DNA from: Haliotis rubra
Lineage: Eukaryota
Direction: 5' to 3'
NCBI RefSeq assembly: GCF_003918875.1
Contig: NW_025767202.1
Location: 2,542,001 to 2,606,000, forward strand
DNA: 64,000 nucleotides
Below, piece by piece: positions 1-12,654 of this stretch. Each line of letters opens with the position of its first letter. The stretch's first letter is position 1. Under the pieces are notes generated by a model. It was not told the DNA's origin. It searched no databases and saw only the letters and a list, made by a program, of their open reading frames with translations. A program made the translations under genes and the position numbers.

Positions 1-284
1 GGTTCAGACATGGAACAACTTTTCCCCAAGCTTTCTTCAATCGCTTAGTGTCGTCTATACGTCGTGGTGGTCAGGCCTGTAACAACGCCAAAGGTGGACA
101 CACATGATACTGAATTTGGGAACTGACTTTTGACACTACATCTCTTCTAAGACGTTTCACGATGCCTTCTGTCAAATCACACAGTTTTCAAAATTATCCC
201 GTCAACAGTTAAACAGTGAAAAAGGAAAACACCACAAATGGCATAACATCACATACTGCACAGTTACTTTATTCCAGTAGTATA
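1..284 (+). mobile_element. 3' end of a degenerate Tc1-like DNA transposon (transposase C-terminus plus right end)
   Basis: Bases 2-113 translate with one frameshift as VQTWNNF/PQAFFNRLVSSIRRGGQACNNAKGGHT*Y*, matching the Tc1 C-terminal pattern W..IPQ..I..LV.SM.RRC.A.I.A.GGHT.Y*. It is followed by an AT-rich end terminating in cagtagtata. Confidence 0.8.
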
Positions 285-299
285 TGAAGTATCACAAAC

Positions 300-535
300 A
301 GCTGTATCCTGAGAGAATCTAGGACTTATTCGTTAATCAGCTTGTACGCCGTGAATCATGTGGTCTTCGCAATCGGAACTGCTCAAGAAGAAGGATGGAG
401 GATTTCTCCTGGTGGTCAGTAACACCGCTACAAAGACGCGAGGAAGCACGAGATGTTGACGACCGTGGACAAGTATGTCTCCAGGGGGAGTTCAGTGCTT
501 GTTACATATATTCCGAGTGGCTTACACAAGTTGAG
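300..535 (-). mobile_element. Degenerate CR1-like LINE ORF2 C-terminal fragment (paralog of 9170-9420)
   Basis: Minus-strand mosaic translation LV.PH.EY...W.P...VQH RASR FV...DSRRT..L..KILSG resembles the CR1 pattern LVRP.LEY...W.P...VQRRAARFV...L..RR...RL..YKI..G. Clear nucleotide similarity to 9200-9420 (cagcttgt.cg.cgtgaatcatg; gaggaagcac.agatgttgac). Confidence 0.5.
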
Positions 536-1272
536 TAATCAACACATACTTGAGTTAACCAGTCCACGTCCTTGATAAAAAATTCGGTCATTCACCCGCC
601 CGTGGTATGTATATATAAAGGTCAGCATTCATTCCATGTCAACTCTGGAATGAGTGAGCCTCGAGCAAGCTTCGACATCAGCACGCACCGAGTTTCCTTT
701 TGCAAAATCTCTTCCGTCAAGCTCAAACATATCTCTAAACAATAAGTCCCATTGTTATTTACAAGAGATGACTGACTTTATGATATGTTCTGAGTCACCT
801 GCCAAACCTTGTATCTATACAAATGCATCGACACCTCGAACGTGAGCTAACTATTTGTTGGAGTGAAGTGTCTTGGTAAAACAGTCTACACATTGGCAGT
901 CCGTGAAACAGATCTTTGTACGCATTTAATAAACTTTTAACTTTTGAAAACAGTTTACCAGGCATCCTATTTTGTCAACCTTTTAAACTTGTTAAACAAT
1001 TAGGTTGATCGAGACAAACGGTTCAGGATAAAATGTTCCTGTCAACAGTGTCACTTGTACTTTGCAGAGAAAGCGTAGGATAGTCTATGTGAGAGTAAAG
1101 TCATACATGAGTAAAGAGATACATTACGTATTTGATATGGTGCTTCATGAGGAAGAGATGGTGAATATTCAGACAACCACGCAATTCTCACACGCGGCTA
1201 ATGAATTAGTACTAAAGCAAACAGAACGTAGCTTATGACACATTCCTCTAGTGAATACAGGTCCCACGTTAT

Positions 1273-1400
1273 GTTTATTTATTATTTATTTATTATTTTA
1301 TTATTGGACATTTATATAGCGCACATATCCACGCACTAGTGCATGCTCAAGTCACTCGTAGTTTTTCCCTCGATCATTGGATGTCAATCTGTATGTGTTG
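1273..1400 (-). mobile_element. L2-type LINE/SINE 3' end with short tandem-repeat tail
   Basis: Reverse strand reads ttgagcatgcactagtgcgtggatatgtgcgctatataaatgtcc followed by (aata)n. Similar ends occur at about 26900-26970 (attached to an L2 ORF) and 43045-43108. Confidence 0.6.
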
Positions 1401-1674
1401 TATACTGGTACTCACAATCCGTATGTGTACTCAGACATATCGCTTATGCTGCCCAATTGTGATTTATACGATTTAATTTCATTCATGTCAGGACATTGAG
1501 TATCGTATCGTATTCCGGGAAACATCACGTTCTTCGTATTTGTTTAATGCGTGATCGTATGGATGTCTTTTAATGGGTTTGTACTTTACATACTGTATAA
1601 GTAATAGTGAAATATAACGAAATCGACAAAGTCCTGTTTAAAAAAACAGTTTGTAATTTCCACACGATAAACAG

Positions 1675-1746
1675 TGATTGGTTGGATGCATGTCATGTGA
1701 TTGGTTGGATGCTTGTCATGTGATTTGGTTGGATGCATGTCATGTC
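1675..1746. repeat. Minisatellite, ~23-bp unit x3
   Basis: gtgattggttggatgcatgtcat occurs three times with minor variants. Confidence 0.95.
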
Positions 1747-1751
1747 TTATT

Positions 1752-2152
1752 AATTCCGTGTGGATTATTTAATTCTCAAAGGATTTGTTTTCAATTTTAC
1801 AATCTCATTTGATGTTTCGACGTTGCATCTTCTAAAATTAACCGAGAAAGCAATATATATGTAAAACTTGTAGATAAACATTTCGCCAAGAAGTAGGCAT
1901 CCCCAAGGGCACCAACTGTGCTCCCCTCCTTGCGGATCTGTTTCATTATGCATATGAATCAGAATTTCTGCTTGGTTGGCACAATCAAAACAAGGTAATT
2001 TGGCCAAGTTTAACTTAAGCTTCAGGTAAACCGATGATCTAATATCGTTCACAAACCGTCAAATAGCCAATTCCCACCCACTGATTTACCCACCTGAACG
2101 TGAAATTAAGGAGACGAGTGAGACCGCCTCATGTGTTTCATATTAGATCTGT
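1752..2152 (+). mobile_element. Degenerate Penelope-like element (PLE) reverse transcriptase fragment
   Basis: With frameshifts: NSVWII*.SKDL...SFDVSTL...NIYV..FRQEVGIPKGTNCAPLLADLFHYAYESEFL...NLAKFNLSFR*TDDLISF...LIYPPEREIKETSETASCVSY.DL. This matches PLE RT motifs (GIPMGTNCAPLLADLFLY.YE; FRYIDD; IYP.ELE). Confidence 0.9.
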
Positions 2153-2726
2153 GAATGAAGAGCCACAAAAAGTTCAACGTCAATAGTTAACTTTCCTTTC
2201 ATGTCTAGCAATATTCCTACAGTCCCAGTCTTTGTAGTTTACATACTCACAACACAGTCAGAATTCTATAATCGACTCTACTCTTAGCAGACATTTCTTG
2301 TGGATGTGGAAAGGGTTTTGTCGCTTTTGTTGTGCCTTGCAAGGTGAGGCTGAAGCTAACTAAAAAGGGTGACTCACCCCGAAATATAGAATTGTTTGAA
2401 GTTGTTTTATAACATGTGAAAGCTGTATGAGAACTGAGTAAATAGTACAATGTTAAAATCAAGTATGGCCTCCTGTTGCTCCGTGGATTAGAACCGATGA
2501 TTCGTAATGAGCATACATTTTACAGATAATAACTTCTGACATAGTGTAATCTTACCACTGGAGTTCCAGATGATTCACATGTGTTTTCAAGACCATGTCA
2601 TGCTTCACGTTCCAGTTTCTTTTGGAGAAGGTCTAAATACCTCCAGTGAGAGGTGTTATCCACATTGGCTAAATATACATGACGTATAGGTTTCAGGATG
2701 AAGATGTCAATTCCACTATTGTTGTA

Positions 2727-2892
2727 GTGAGTGAGTGAGTTGGGTTTTAGGCCGCCTTTAGCAATATTACAGCCTTATCACGGCGAGGGACACCAAAAAT
2801 GGGCTTTACACATTGTGCCCATGTTGGGAATCGAACCCGGGTCTTCGGCGTGACAAGCAAACGCTTTAGCCAATAGGCTAACCCACCGCCCC
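2727..2892 (-). mobile_element. tRNA-Asp-derived SINE (family 1) with TSD
   Basis: A/B-box head and (actc)n tail. TSD (c)cactattgttgta at about 2713-2726 and 2892-2905. Confidence 0.95.
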
Positions 2893-3134
2893 CACTATTG
2901 TTGTAAACTCGTCGTATGATATATGTGTTTGAGTAGTTGATGTAATTTTACACTCAAGGAATTAGATAGTGTGTTTGATAAACTCGATCAAAAGTAATTG
3001 GTTTGATACATTTCGTGAGGTCTGTTTTGCACAGTATCGTGGGAGCTCGCGACAGTGGGGGTAACTCCTCCCAAAACAAGGAACAGGCCAAACGTTTGAA
3101 GTTGTTTTATACCTATGTGAAAACCATGTGAGTT

Positions 3135-3304
3135 GGACCAGACATTTCAGTGTATCAGCATCATGAGCATCGATCGACGAAATTGGGATGCGAAGACACG
3201 TGTCAACCATGTCATCGAACCACACTACCCGATCCCTTTAGTCGCCTCTTAAAAGTATAGGTTGCTGAAGACCAATAATTATTCTTATTCTTTTCTTCGC
3301 GGGG
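3135..3304 (-). mobile_element. SINE family 2 (no tRNA head), degenerate partial copy
   Basis: Similar to 52323-52579 (ggaccagaca...gcatcgatc...tgtcaacc...cgatccc...gtcgcctctt...ggttgctgaag). Confidence 0.8.
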
Positions 3305-5161
3305 AGAGACGTGAGTAACAATAAATGTTCAGATCTAATATGGACATCGTGTTGTCCCTGTGAACAGAACCACTTATTCGTCATACAAATACTTTAAAGT
3401 AATTTTAGTCCGAAATCATCCATTAAAATGTTGTCAATGATTGTTGTCGAAACATTGAACTCACGATAACTACCTGAGGGCGAGATGATTCTCTGTATGT
3501 TGGGCAGGATACATGTCATGGTTTGTATGCTGTTCATCCTGGCACGGAGGTCACGGAATGAGCGAAACTCGTATGATATAAGTTTACAAGATGCAGTATG
3601 GTCCTGTTGTCGCCTCGATGAATGTAACCTCTTAATGATAATTTTTTTATAGCAAACTTGTAATTGAATGATGTTGCAGTATTCATTAACACGTACTTCT
3701 CGACACAGATGAATCACTTTTGTGTTTAATGTCAGGTCAGTGTATCAAATTTCTAGTTTTTGTGAGTAGACCGAATCACATCTGATGTGAGATGAAACAA
3801 ACGCCATGTCTCCGTTAAACAGGCTCCGGCTGAACATGTGTGTCCTAACGGAGTCTGTGTATTTTCGCTAAATATTCATGACACATTTGCCTTTTTGTGT
3901 TTGTTATATTCCTGTGAATCTACATTGTGCAACGAACGTGAATTCTTGGAGGTGTCAGTTTATTGATGGATGATGGTTCAGAATATTTTTACCGGATCGA
4001 TTTGTCATACAAACGCCTGCTTGTTATTCTCATTTAACGAGGCGGAAGTTAAATATGCATCAAGGATTGATTTTAATCCAGTGCTGCTATTTGTGAACTT
4101 GAAAAACTTGAGAGAATATGTACATATATTGTTGCATATTATCGTAACATTTCCTTACAAAACGTAATTGTTCGCATGTGCATAGCAGGCTGTATCTCAT
4201 CAAAGAGAACACGTCAACACTTTTTTTGCCATGAGAGGCCGCGCTCAACGAATCTTTGCTGGTAAACTGACCGAGAAGTATTTTCGATTGATGATAAGAC
4301 ATCACTTCAACTGTTATGTTCCTGTATGCTTCCTTTCCCTTTGACAAAATGTCAACGTTCAGATTTGCTCAGATGGGACTCTTATTTACCAGTGGGTTTC
4401 GAAAAGAATATTGAAGTTTATGTCACAATAATATGTAAATAACACAAATCGTACACGGGTGGTATGTTTACAATGCATATTGACGTCACACTGCGTTCAT
4501 CAGCTCTGCACAATTAGTTAACATCAACGACATGTGTCATGTTTGTTTTCCTGTCACTCACTGTTGTCACAGTCGCAGTGATCAGTAAACTACTGAAGTA
4601 TATTTAAAAATAAAATCAGGGTTGAATTTCGAATGCATTTCGAATTCACTGTTGTTCACAAAAGTATTGACGTGATCAGCTTGGTGAATGCGTTGAAAAT
4701 GCATATAAACCCTGTTCCATTGGTAAACCTCTACGTTCTACGCATATCGATATTCCTATTACTGAATTCATGATGCCCTGTCCACCATGTTCAACAAGAA
4801 CAACAACGTTCATTCTAGGTCGTGTGTGTTATTAATCAAACCACCATTGTATAAGTTACTAATCCAAATGTGTGATTATATTCCCTTCAGCTACGGAAAT
4901 TCAAATGTCATCATAATACATGTGTAACTGTACTATCGTCACAATAAATTGTATTATCATCCAAAACTGTGTTCCACAGTAGATATCGCTTGTGTGAGAT
5001 CAGACAGTAGATTTTGTAAAATGCCCTGACAATGCTATGACGTCATGAACTTGTTGGCGTCACAATGTTATGACATCGCTCCACTGCAAATCTAATGGCA
5101 GTACTGTGTTCAGAGATGTTCATTTTTCATTGAAAACTAATGAAGAGTGATTTTTGATGAT

Positions 5162-5317
5162 AAATAGAATCTCACCCTCGTGTCTTCTGATATCAAATAT
5201 ATCAACACTCGTTGATAAAAGTAAAATTATCCTCGGCAAGCCCCGGATATTTGTTACTTTATCAACTCGTTGTGATATATTTGATATCAAAAGACACTCT
5301 GGTGAGATTCTCTATTT
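5162..5317. mobile_element. Fold-back (hairpin) MITE-like element
   Basis: Imperfect inverted arms of about 70 bp: aaatagaatctcacc..gtgtcttctgatatcaaatatatca..ttgataaa and its reverse complement, around a central cggc-aa-gcc. Confidence 0.8.
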
Positions 5318-6762
5318 CACGTACAACGTCGTTACTGTTTGAACATAAATCATGTGTCAGTTTGTTGGTATAGACATTAGACATTGTTCCATGCTCATCA
5401 TACCTGACTCCGGAGTACTAGCTAAGATGGTAGCATTCCGTACATGCATGTCGGGGCTGGAACAATTAACGAAACAAATTAAGCCTGTGCCAATTGTGAA
5501 ATTGTTACATTCCAGATAATTGTTTAAAAAAAGAACAGAAACATCCACCGCGGGTAAGTTGTTCATCAGTAGCACATGGGCTGCATGGGGTTACTCTCAG
5601 GTGATTAGCTTTCATACCTTTACACCTTCAAGCTTGGGTTATGCAACTGTTTCTAAGGATGATATTCTGATGCAATATCTTAGTAATTAAACGTCTGACT
5701 TCATGGCCATGGCCATTTATATTAAAGGCATGTAGTCAAAGCAACATCTGGCCAACAACGTAAACAATCTTTACATCCTTTTGCATCATCTTGACTAACT
5801 GGTTTATGTGATTAGGCTGATTTGAGATTGACAACACAATTGAGAGTATTTAGGTCATGTTGGGGTGTGTCAACTTGTAATTGTAAATTGATGTGGTCCC
5901 GGGTGGACACCAATCTGATGGAACATGAGCATCAACGAACCTACGATCACGGGATTCAGCACACGTTACGTTGGTCAAACAACGGCTGGTATCAGGGAAT
6001 AGTAAACGACGTGTTGTTCAAATGACAGGAGAGTTGGTCAGCAGCCTGAACAGTATTACGTTACAGGTTTCATTTCTTTATCCTTGTGTACAATTGAAAT
6101 CCTAAACCAGTTCATGCTATTACTGGACAAGTGCCTGTCTTTCCAACATGATCGTATGAACTGAAGGGGTTTCAAAGGATGTGTACATATATTTCTAAAA
6201 GCCCTAGAGATCATAATAGTTATACCTTAATGTTTGTATTAGTATTTTCCTTAAGTTTGTCATAGTATTTTACTATGTTTTTATTATTGCAGTGTCGGGC
6301 AGGATTAGTAACGGCATGATTAGTGTATTGCACTCCTTTAAAAGAATATCATATGAGATTTCCTTAAAATGGGTGAATTACGTTCAGTATTGTTTACACA
6401 AAATAAAACTTGAATACAAAAAGCATCTGGTGAATCATATATCAGCTGTTGCTTCTGTAACATTCGTCAAAGAAAACGGAACGTGAAAACATATGACGGG
6501 CTGAAGGTAATGTATACACACAAATCCATTATCGGAAGATTTCATGGGGAATAAAAACAATTCCTACGTATAGTAGGGCTGTAACGCTGTAACACCTGAA
6601 TTCCTGCCAGTGGGAGGATGTTTCAACCACAGACCGAGACTCAACTGGCAACATCATTTGTTGTAGAGCTATCTATTTTGTTTTCTGTCAAACTGAAAAA
6701 CTCAAGTAACAAATGATTTCCTGACAAAAAGTTGGATATACTATATACATCCACGTGTATAA

Positions 6763-6911
6763 GTGAGTGCGTTGATCACTGAGCCATATTCCTGAGCATC
6801 GATCTACGCAATAAGGAACCGATGACAATGTGTCAACCAAGTCAGCGAGCCTGACCATCCGATCCCCGTTAGGCGCCTCTTACGACAAGCATGGGTTACT
6901 GAAGATCAATT
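6763..6911 (-). mobile_element. SINE family 2, partial copy
   Basis: gagcatcgatctacgcaa...tgtgtcaaccaagtcagcgagcctgacc...gcctcttacgacaagcatgggttactgaagatc. Confidence 0.9.
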
Positions 6912-7203
6912 TTATCGACGCGTACAAGGCGAGTTGTTCTTACGTGAAATGAGGGGGCTGAGGAATGGGGTCGGCTTATACGCGGGGTGGAAGATATCAC
7001 CCACATGTTGTTGCCACTCTGTTGGCGACATAATATTGACACAAGTGTCATAAGCAGGAAATTACGATCAGCAAATATATAGAGAGAGCATTTCCCTTCA
7101 CTGGAGAAATGATGTGCGGAAGTACAATGTCTTCCTTTACAGAAGTGGTTTGTTTGACAGTCTGACGTTTACAAGATGCTATGAGACGTGAATCTTAACT
7201 CAC

Positions 7204-7360
7204 GAGTGAGTGAGTGAGTGAGTTTAGTTTTACGCCGCTTTTAGCAATTTTCCAGCACAATCACGGTGGGGACACCAGAAATGGGCTTCACACATTTTGG
7301 GGAATCGAACCCGGGTCTTCGGCGTGACGGGCGAACGCGTTAACCACAAGGCTTCTCCAC
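7204..7360 (-). mobile_element. tRNA-Asp-derived SINE (family 1)
   Basis: (gagt)n tail plus the family body and ggaatcgaacccgggtcttcggcgtgacg (reverse-complement B box). Confidence 0.95.
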
Positions 7361-8156
7361 ATGGAGATCGCCTCATCATCGTGGGGAAACATTCTTTTTA
7401 GTTTACCTCCTTTAACATTTAGGTACGCAAAGTTGAGCGACTTAAATCCCCCTTCTCCAAACAGGAAAAAATGAATATTGGAAACGTAAGGAACACGATG
7501 ACATTATCTGCATATCTTCGTATTTCAGTCCAGAAAATACGTCAATATCTGCTAATTGTATTGACCTCCCTTTCATTCAGAATTACTTTGATCTAAGTTT
7601 TCTGAGTAAGAAGGTCTTTGAAGTAAGGAAAATTGACGAATAAGCTTTATCTATTGTCACCAGTCGCATATCTTTCTTGGCAATATAAAACAAAAACACA
7701 GAAATTGAATGTTCTTTTGTAATTGCTAAATTCCTGCTAGATCATATGAGCAATAAGGTGGGTCTTTCATCTTGGATATGTTACTGCACATGAGAGAACG
7801 TTGTGTTGTGATGTGTGTTGGACAACTGTGTAAATATTTCAAGCGCAACCAGATTGATCATTGAGTGTTTATTCGTTATACGGTCACAGGCTCTGTATCT
7901 TTTACAGATGCCTATATGATAGGAGAGGAGGATGAAACCTACTCGTGTATCGTTAATGAATCGTGTACGGCTGACAGGAATCTGTGATGTTATATAAATG
8001 TTGGCTGGACTCAAGTGTGGTTATACCTTTGGTAGGGGTGTTCAGAAAAGTGTACTGATGCACTGCGTGTATTTTGTCCCAACATCTCCACACGAGTATT
8101 CTTTACGACTTGGTTTAGAAAAATCATGAGCACAATAGTGTCGTGCCTCAATATAT

Positions 8157-8320
8157 GAGTGAGTGCGTTGGGTTTTAAGCCGCTTTTAGAAGTATTCGAG
8201 CAATGTCACGGCGGGGGGCCACCAGAAATTGGCATCACACATTGTACCCATGTGGGGAATCGAACCCGGGCCTTCGATGTGACGAGCGGACGCTGTAACC
8301 AATGGGCTGCCCTACCGCCC
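8157..8320 (-). mobile_element. tRNA-Asp-derived SINE (family 1), diverged
   Basis: Full-length match to 21422-21592 on the reverse strand. Degenerate TSD tgcctc(a/g)at. Confidence 0.9.
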
Positions 8321-9169
8321 TGCCTCGATGTGACATTGAACACCGGCATAATTTTTCTGCATTAATGCTATATAATATTTTTAATACCACGACAAGGAAC
8401 TCATAACAAGTCATAAATGTCAGGGTTCTGATACATTCTGTTGGTCGTCATGGGACCGGTAATGAATATTACATAATCTTAGACACAAGTAATAATTGTG
8501 TTTGCTGTGGTGGAATTGAGTGTTTTATATTCGTTAAAACATCCTTGCTGAGATCTACATGTAGCTAAACGGGCGCTTATACATGTTATGGCAAGAGCTC
8601 GATTGCCGTTTTCACGATCGATAAAAAGCTTTTAGATGATTTAAGTATACAGGCAATACTTCACATAACTTTTGGTGTTATGCGATTATTATTCATCGAT
8701 TGCAAGAAGAAATCTGATTATAAATCGAGATTTGAGTGAAAGGAAATACATAAAATGACTTGTGGGGGTTGTGTATCGATTGAGTTGCAGTATATATGTC
8801 TGCAAAATGCGATTTAGACATATTCAGAATTTTGATAATTCAGCCTGACTTCAGTCCAGGATTCATTACTCTCACCATGGCAAGGTCGAATTAGATGTAA
8901 TTAGGTAATTAGTGCAGTAGGCAGCATTGTCATTACAAAATGAATGCCTGACTTACAGGTTTTTCAGGTGCAGTGAGAGGAAAGCAGTTCGCTACCTGGC
9001 CTTTAATTTATCAGATGAATTAAGATCCCTTTTTTATCAAAGCATGACTAAACAAAGAACCATGATGCAATGCACACACTGGGGAAACAGTCAATGGAAC
9101 AGATATTCATTTTTTCTGACAACAACGTCATGATTACAACTACACTTCTTTAGAAACAATACACGCAAT

Positions 9170-9420
9170 GGGAGGAGCAACTACATTCAGTGAGCAGCAC
9201 TTGTACCTTTAACCAGCTTGTTCGTCGTGAATCATGATTGCAGTCTCCGTACATGTAGTCGGAAGCTACACGAGCAGATGGGCGGAGGGCATCACCTGCT
9301 GTTGGACTGCAAAGTGAGGAAGCACCAGATGTTGACAACAGGGGAGACGTGTGTCGGAAGTGTTCATACCTTGTTCAGGTTTTGTTATACTTATTCCGAG
9401 TTGGTAAGGGTTACCATAAT
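9170..9420 (-). mobile_element. Degenerate CR1-like LINE ORF2 C-terminal fragment (paralog of 300-535)
   Basis: Nucleotide similarity to 300-535. DSRRTS..K.YK..LNVV remnant on the minus strand. Confidence 0.5.
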
Positions 9421-9457
9421 CCTTAATACTATCAAAGAAGGATTTTACCGACATTCA

Positions 9458-9850
9458 CATGAAGGATTTGCTTTCATTTTCACAATCACATAGTCCCGCT
9501 CTGTCAAACATATGACTTTTCAACGAAGTATTCCACCACCCCACATGACAAACTTAAGGGAACGCGTCTTTCTTTGATCCGTAGGGCATTTGTAAACAAA
9601 CATGGTGAACACAGATATACTACACATCTATCGTAAGAGGTTCAGGACAATTTGTCAAATATGAAGGCAAATTTTATTTGAAGCTGTAAACCAGTATGTG
9701 AAATGTTGGACTTTTTAATCGATAGCATATTTGTACATTTTTGGGGTAAAACATTTGGACATGAAGTAAGCATCCCCATGGGCAACAGTTAAGCTCCTCT
9801 CCTTGCGGGTCTGTTTCTGTATGCATACGAATCAGAATTTCTGCCTGGGT
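9458..9850 (+). mobile_element. Degenerate Penelope-like RT fragment
   Basis: TYDFSTKYSTTPHDKLKGTRLSLIRRAFVNKHGEHRY...VCEMLDFLIDSIFVHFWGKTFGHEVSIPMGNS*APLLAGLFLYAYESEFL, matching the PLE RT pattern YDFSTLYT.IPH..LK...MLDFLIDNIFV.FG...Q.VGIPMG. Confidence 0.95.
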
Positions 9851-10538
9851 TGCCAAACTTAGGTCTATGCATAAGGTTTGGGACTGACGAAAATTCTCCA
9901 CAAGGCTGTATTAAATTCACTTGTTTTGTGAGTAATCGATTGAACATAATGAAACGATATGTTCACATAAACAAAAGGGACAGTGTATTTCTTCTTTGTG
10001 TGACGTACTAAAGGCCACAAAAAATTTTGTTTTTTTTATTCGACTGGAAACATGTTGCACCGTAGAATGGGTGGACAGCAATCATCCGTGACACTTGTGA
10101 CAAACCACGTCAAATATGTTCTAGGACGTCCATGATGCTAGGTAAGCTTCAGTGAAGATGCACAGACTTTATTCTTTGGAGGCTCCCTTGCATTTTATCC
10201 TGTGATATTTAACATCTTGAGATTCGGTCATTTTTCTGTCTGGAGTGAATCTATAAAGGTCGGTATTTATTTCATGATAAATGTCTGGGAGTCAGTGAGC
10301 TTCGGGCATGCTTCGGTATCAATTAGTTCTAGGTCTCAGGTGTAGTCATTGCTTTGAGTTTCCTTTTGCAATACGCGCTTCCGTAGAAATGTATTAGTTT
10401 TGTAGAACGGAGATGAGGCAAAGGGGGAAGTTCCTTCCTTTATCCACAGATCTTTCCTTTGTCACCTGTCAAAGCCTGACCGCTAGTCTTCATAAAACAG
10501 CTAAATCGGTGACATTTCCTGGAACAATGTGTACCTAT

Positions 10539-10750
10539 GGTTTGTTTGGTTGCTGTTTCACGCCCGCATGGCGGACTGTAAATAATCGAGTTTCGACCAG
10601 ACAATCCAGTTACTGATCGATCTGCACAACCTGGATGCAATGATAATGTGTCAACCAAGTCAGCGAGTCTGACCAACCGATTCCCTTAGTCGCCCCTTAC
10701 GACACGCACGGGTTGCTGAAGATACATGTTAACCCAGATCTTCGCGGGTC
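10539..10750 (-). mobile_element. SINE family 2 with TSD
   Basis: Begins gacccgcgaagatc on the minus strand and has an (aacc/aaac) tail. TSD gtgtac(c/t)tat at 10529-10538 and 10751-10760. Confidence 0.93.
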
Positions 10751-11313
10751 GTGTACTTATTACTTGTACCATTGAAGATAATTTACCAGGTGTACCATTC
10801 TGCGTACGTGTAACCTTTACTAAAGAAGATGATCGAGACATAAGTTCAGATTTAATGGTCTCTACACAGCTATGTACACTTTGCCCAGATGCCGCGGGAT
10901 GGTCTGAGTGAAAGTCTTATTGCAACTATTAACTAGGAAATATCTTTTGATGCTATGCCTCTTGGGGAAGAGACATTTTGAAGATTCACTGGTTTAAATT
11001 AGCACAACGGCGCATCAGAAAATAGGCTTATCGAAGAAATGGAATTGTGATCAGAGGTGAAAAATATGTTAATGGTCAGTAAGAATTCCCAGTGCAATAT
11101 TGACTGAAACATTGGCCTCTGACGTCTGATTTTGGCACTTAATGAACTGTACGTAAACGGGAACTCGTCCGCCAAAGATCTCTGTTCGAAAAGAATTGTG
11201 TCATAATTAACATTCTACCATGACTTCAGTAAATACTGGGTTGTGCTTGGTTAATTAAAGGCATTCAGAGGTATATAATCAAGTTATATACATACGGTTT
11301 TCCATGGTAGAAA

Positions 11314-11667
11314 TGTATGGCTAGATTTGCTAAATTGCTAATGGCTGAAGGGATGGTGTAAATTCAGCTAGGGTCCATGCAGGAAGCAAATGTACTGTAA
11401 GTCCCCATGGTCCCTAGTATGGTGATCTACCTTCAGTTCTTGGCAATGTATAACCGGTTTTTATATTGTATTGTCATTTAAAAGTAAAATATTTTAGATT
11501 TAATTACTAGTCTTAAAAGTATCCCTGTGATAATCTAGTTGTTTTGTTGTCCTTCGTCGACAGGTGTTTTATAATGTAATTGTGTTTATTGTTAATTTAT
11601 AACTTTTTAAGTCACAATATGGCTGAAATATTACCGATGTGACTATAAATTTAACTCACTCACTCAC
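11314..11667 (+). mobile_element. 5'-truncated LINE 3' UTR with (actc)n tail and 13-bp TSD
   Basis: TSD tccatggtagaaa at 11301-11313 and 11668-11680. The body is the reverse complement of 55531-56170 (gctgaagggatggtgtaaat...gtaagtccccatgg...tagtatggtgatctaccttcagtt). Confidence 0.85.
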
Positions 11668-12596
11668 TCCATGGTAGAAAGGACATAAACATACTGTGTT
11701 GGAAAATCAGAGGTATAATGAGAGGTTTATCACCTAAATGATTCTAAAATTACCTAAATGTAGAAATCAATACACTACACTCACTACAAAGGTATTACAG
11801 TGGCAGAGTAAAATAGAGTGACTGTGTCAGTACAAACCCAATGGAAATATTTAGGAGATACCACCAAATGTTATGGCTGTTTTCTGTAAAAGACTTGTTT
11901 ACAACAGTGTACATGATTATTTTCACAAACTATGGAGTTTTGGTTTTGATCTCACATGTGTCATGGCTATTGTTAATCGTCTTTGTCCTAATGTATGTCA
12001 AACTTTAAATACTTAGCATGTGTTGGCAGTTTCTTCGTGCATGTTAGTCAATAATACCTTTACAGATCCATTTCTCCTGTAAACCTCTTTCTCATTCTCA
12101 TGTCACGAGTCATGTAACAGTGTAACAGTGGCATCAAAGGGTGTATTGTATATTGTGTATTATACAAACCGAATGGTTGAAGATTAAGTAAAATGTGTGA
12201 AATGTTGCTGATGTTATCATCTATGATGTTACCACTGGATTGTAAAGGACATGTTTGATATTTTACGGACAACTCTTGCACAGCTATTATATTGTCGACG
12301 ATTTCGAGATGTCTACATGATCAACCTAATCGCTTTGGTGTGTCCCAAGTTGTAAGTGCCACACTTTGACATTTTCACGTATCCCTTCAGTCCAATATTT
12401 TAGTTTGCACATAAAAGTGTTCACATAATGTAAAAGTAAAATATTTATTTGTCTAACCAGTCTACTTTATCATGAATATTTACAAGCACCAAAGGCTGTT
12501 CTGAACCTTCATGAACTAAAGGTAATCATCTGGAGGTTTAGATGGACATAATGTCTTAGCATTATTATATCTTATCATATCTGTTACATATTTACT

Positions 12597-12654
12597 GTCC
12601 CGACTGGAGTTTACTAGCCACGGGCTAGCGGGCCAGTGGCTATTTCACACACTG
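12597..12654. mobile_element. Possible solo terminus of a hAT-like DNA element
   Basis: GC-rich end reading cagtgtgtgaaatagccactggcccgctagcccgtggctagtaaa on the minus strand. No partner TIR found. Confidence 0.3.

Larger units (their letters stand above)
2340..4080 (-). mobile_element. Degenerate CR1-like LINE RT/endonuclease remnants interrupted by SINEs (paralog of 25880-26510)
   Basis: Colinear nucleotide similarity to about 25620-26520. The ORF at 3394-3717 ends in SYREFNVSTTIIDNIL, resembling the APE endonuclease motif PTR....S.T.IDNI. Confidence 0.45.

Noticed and set aside
4462-4508. Hammerhead-like CUGAUGA plus stem on the minus strand
   Set aside because: The GAAA core is replaced by UAAA and there is no convincing stem I or III.
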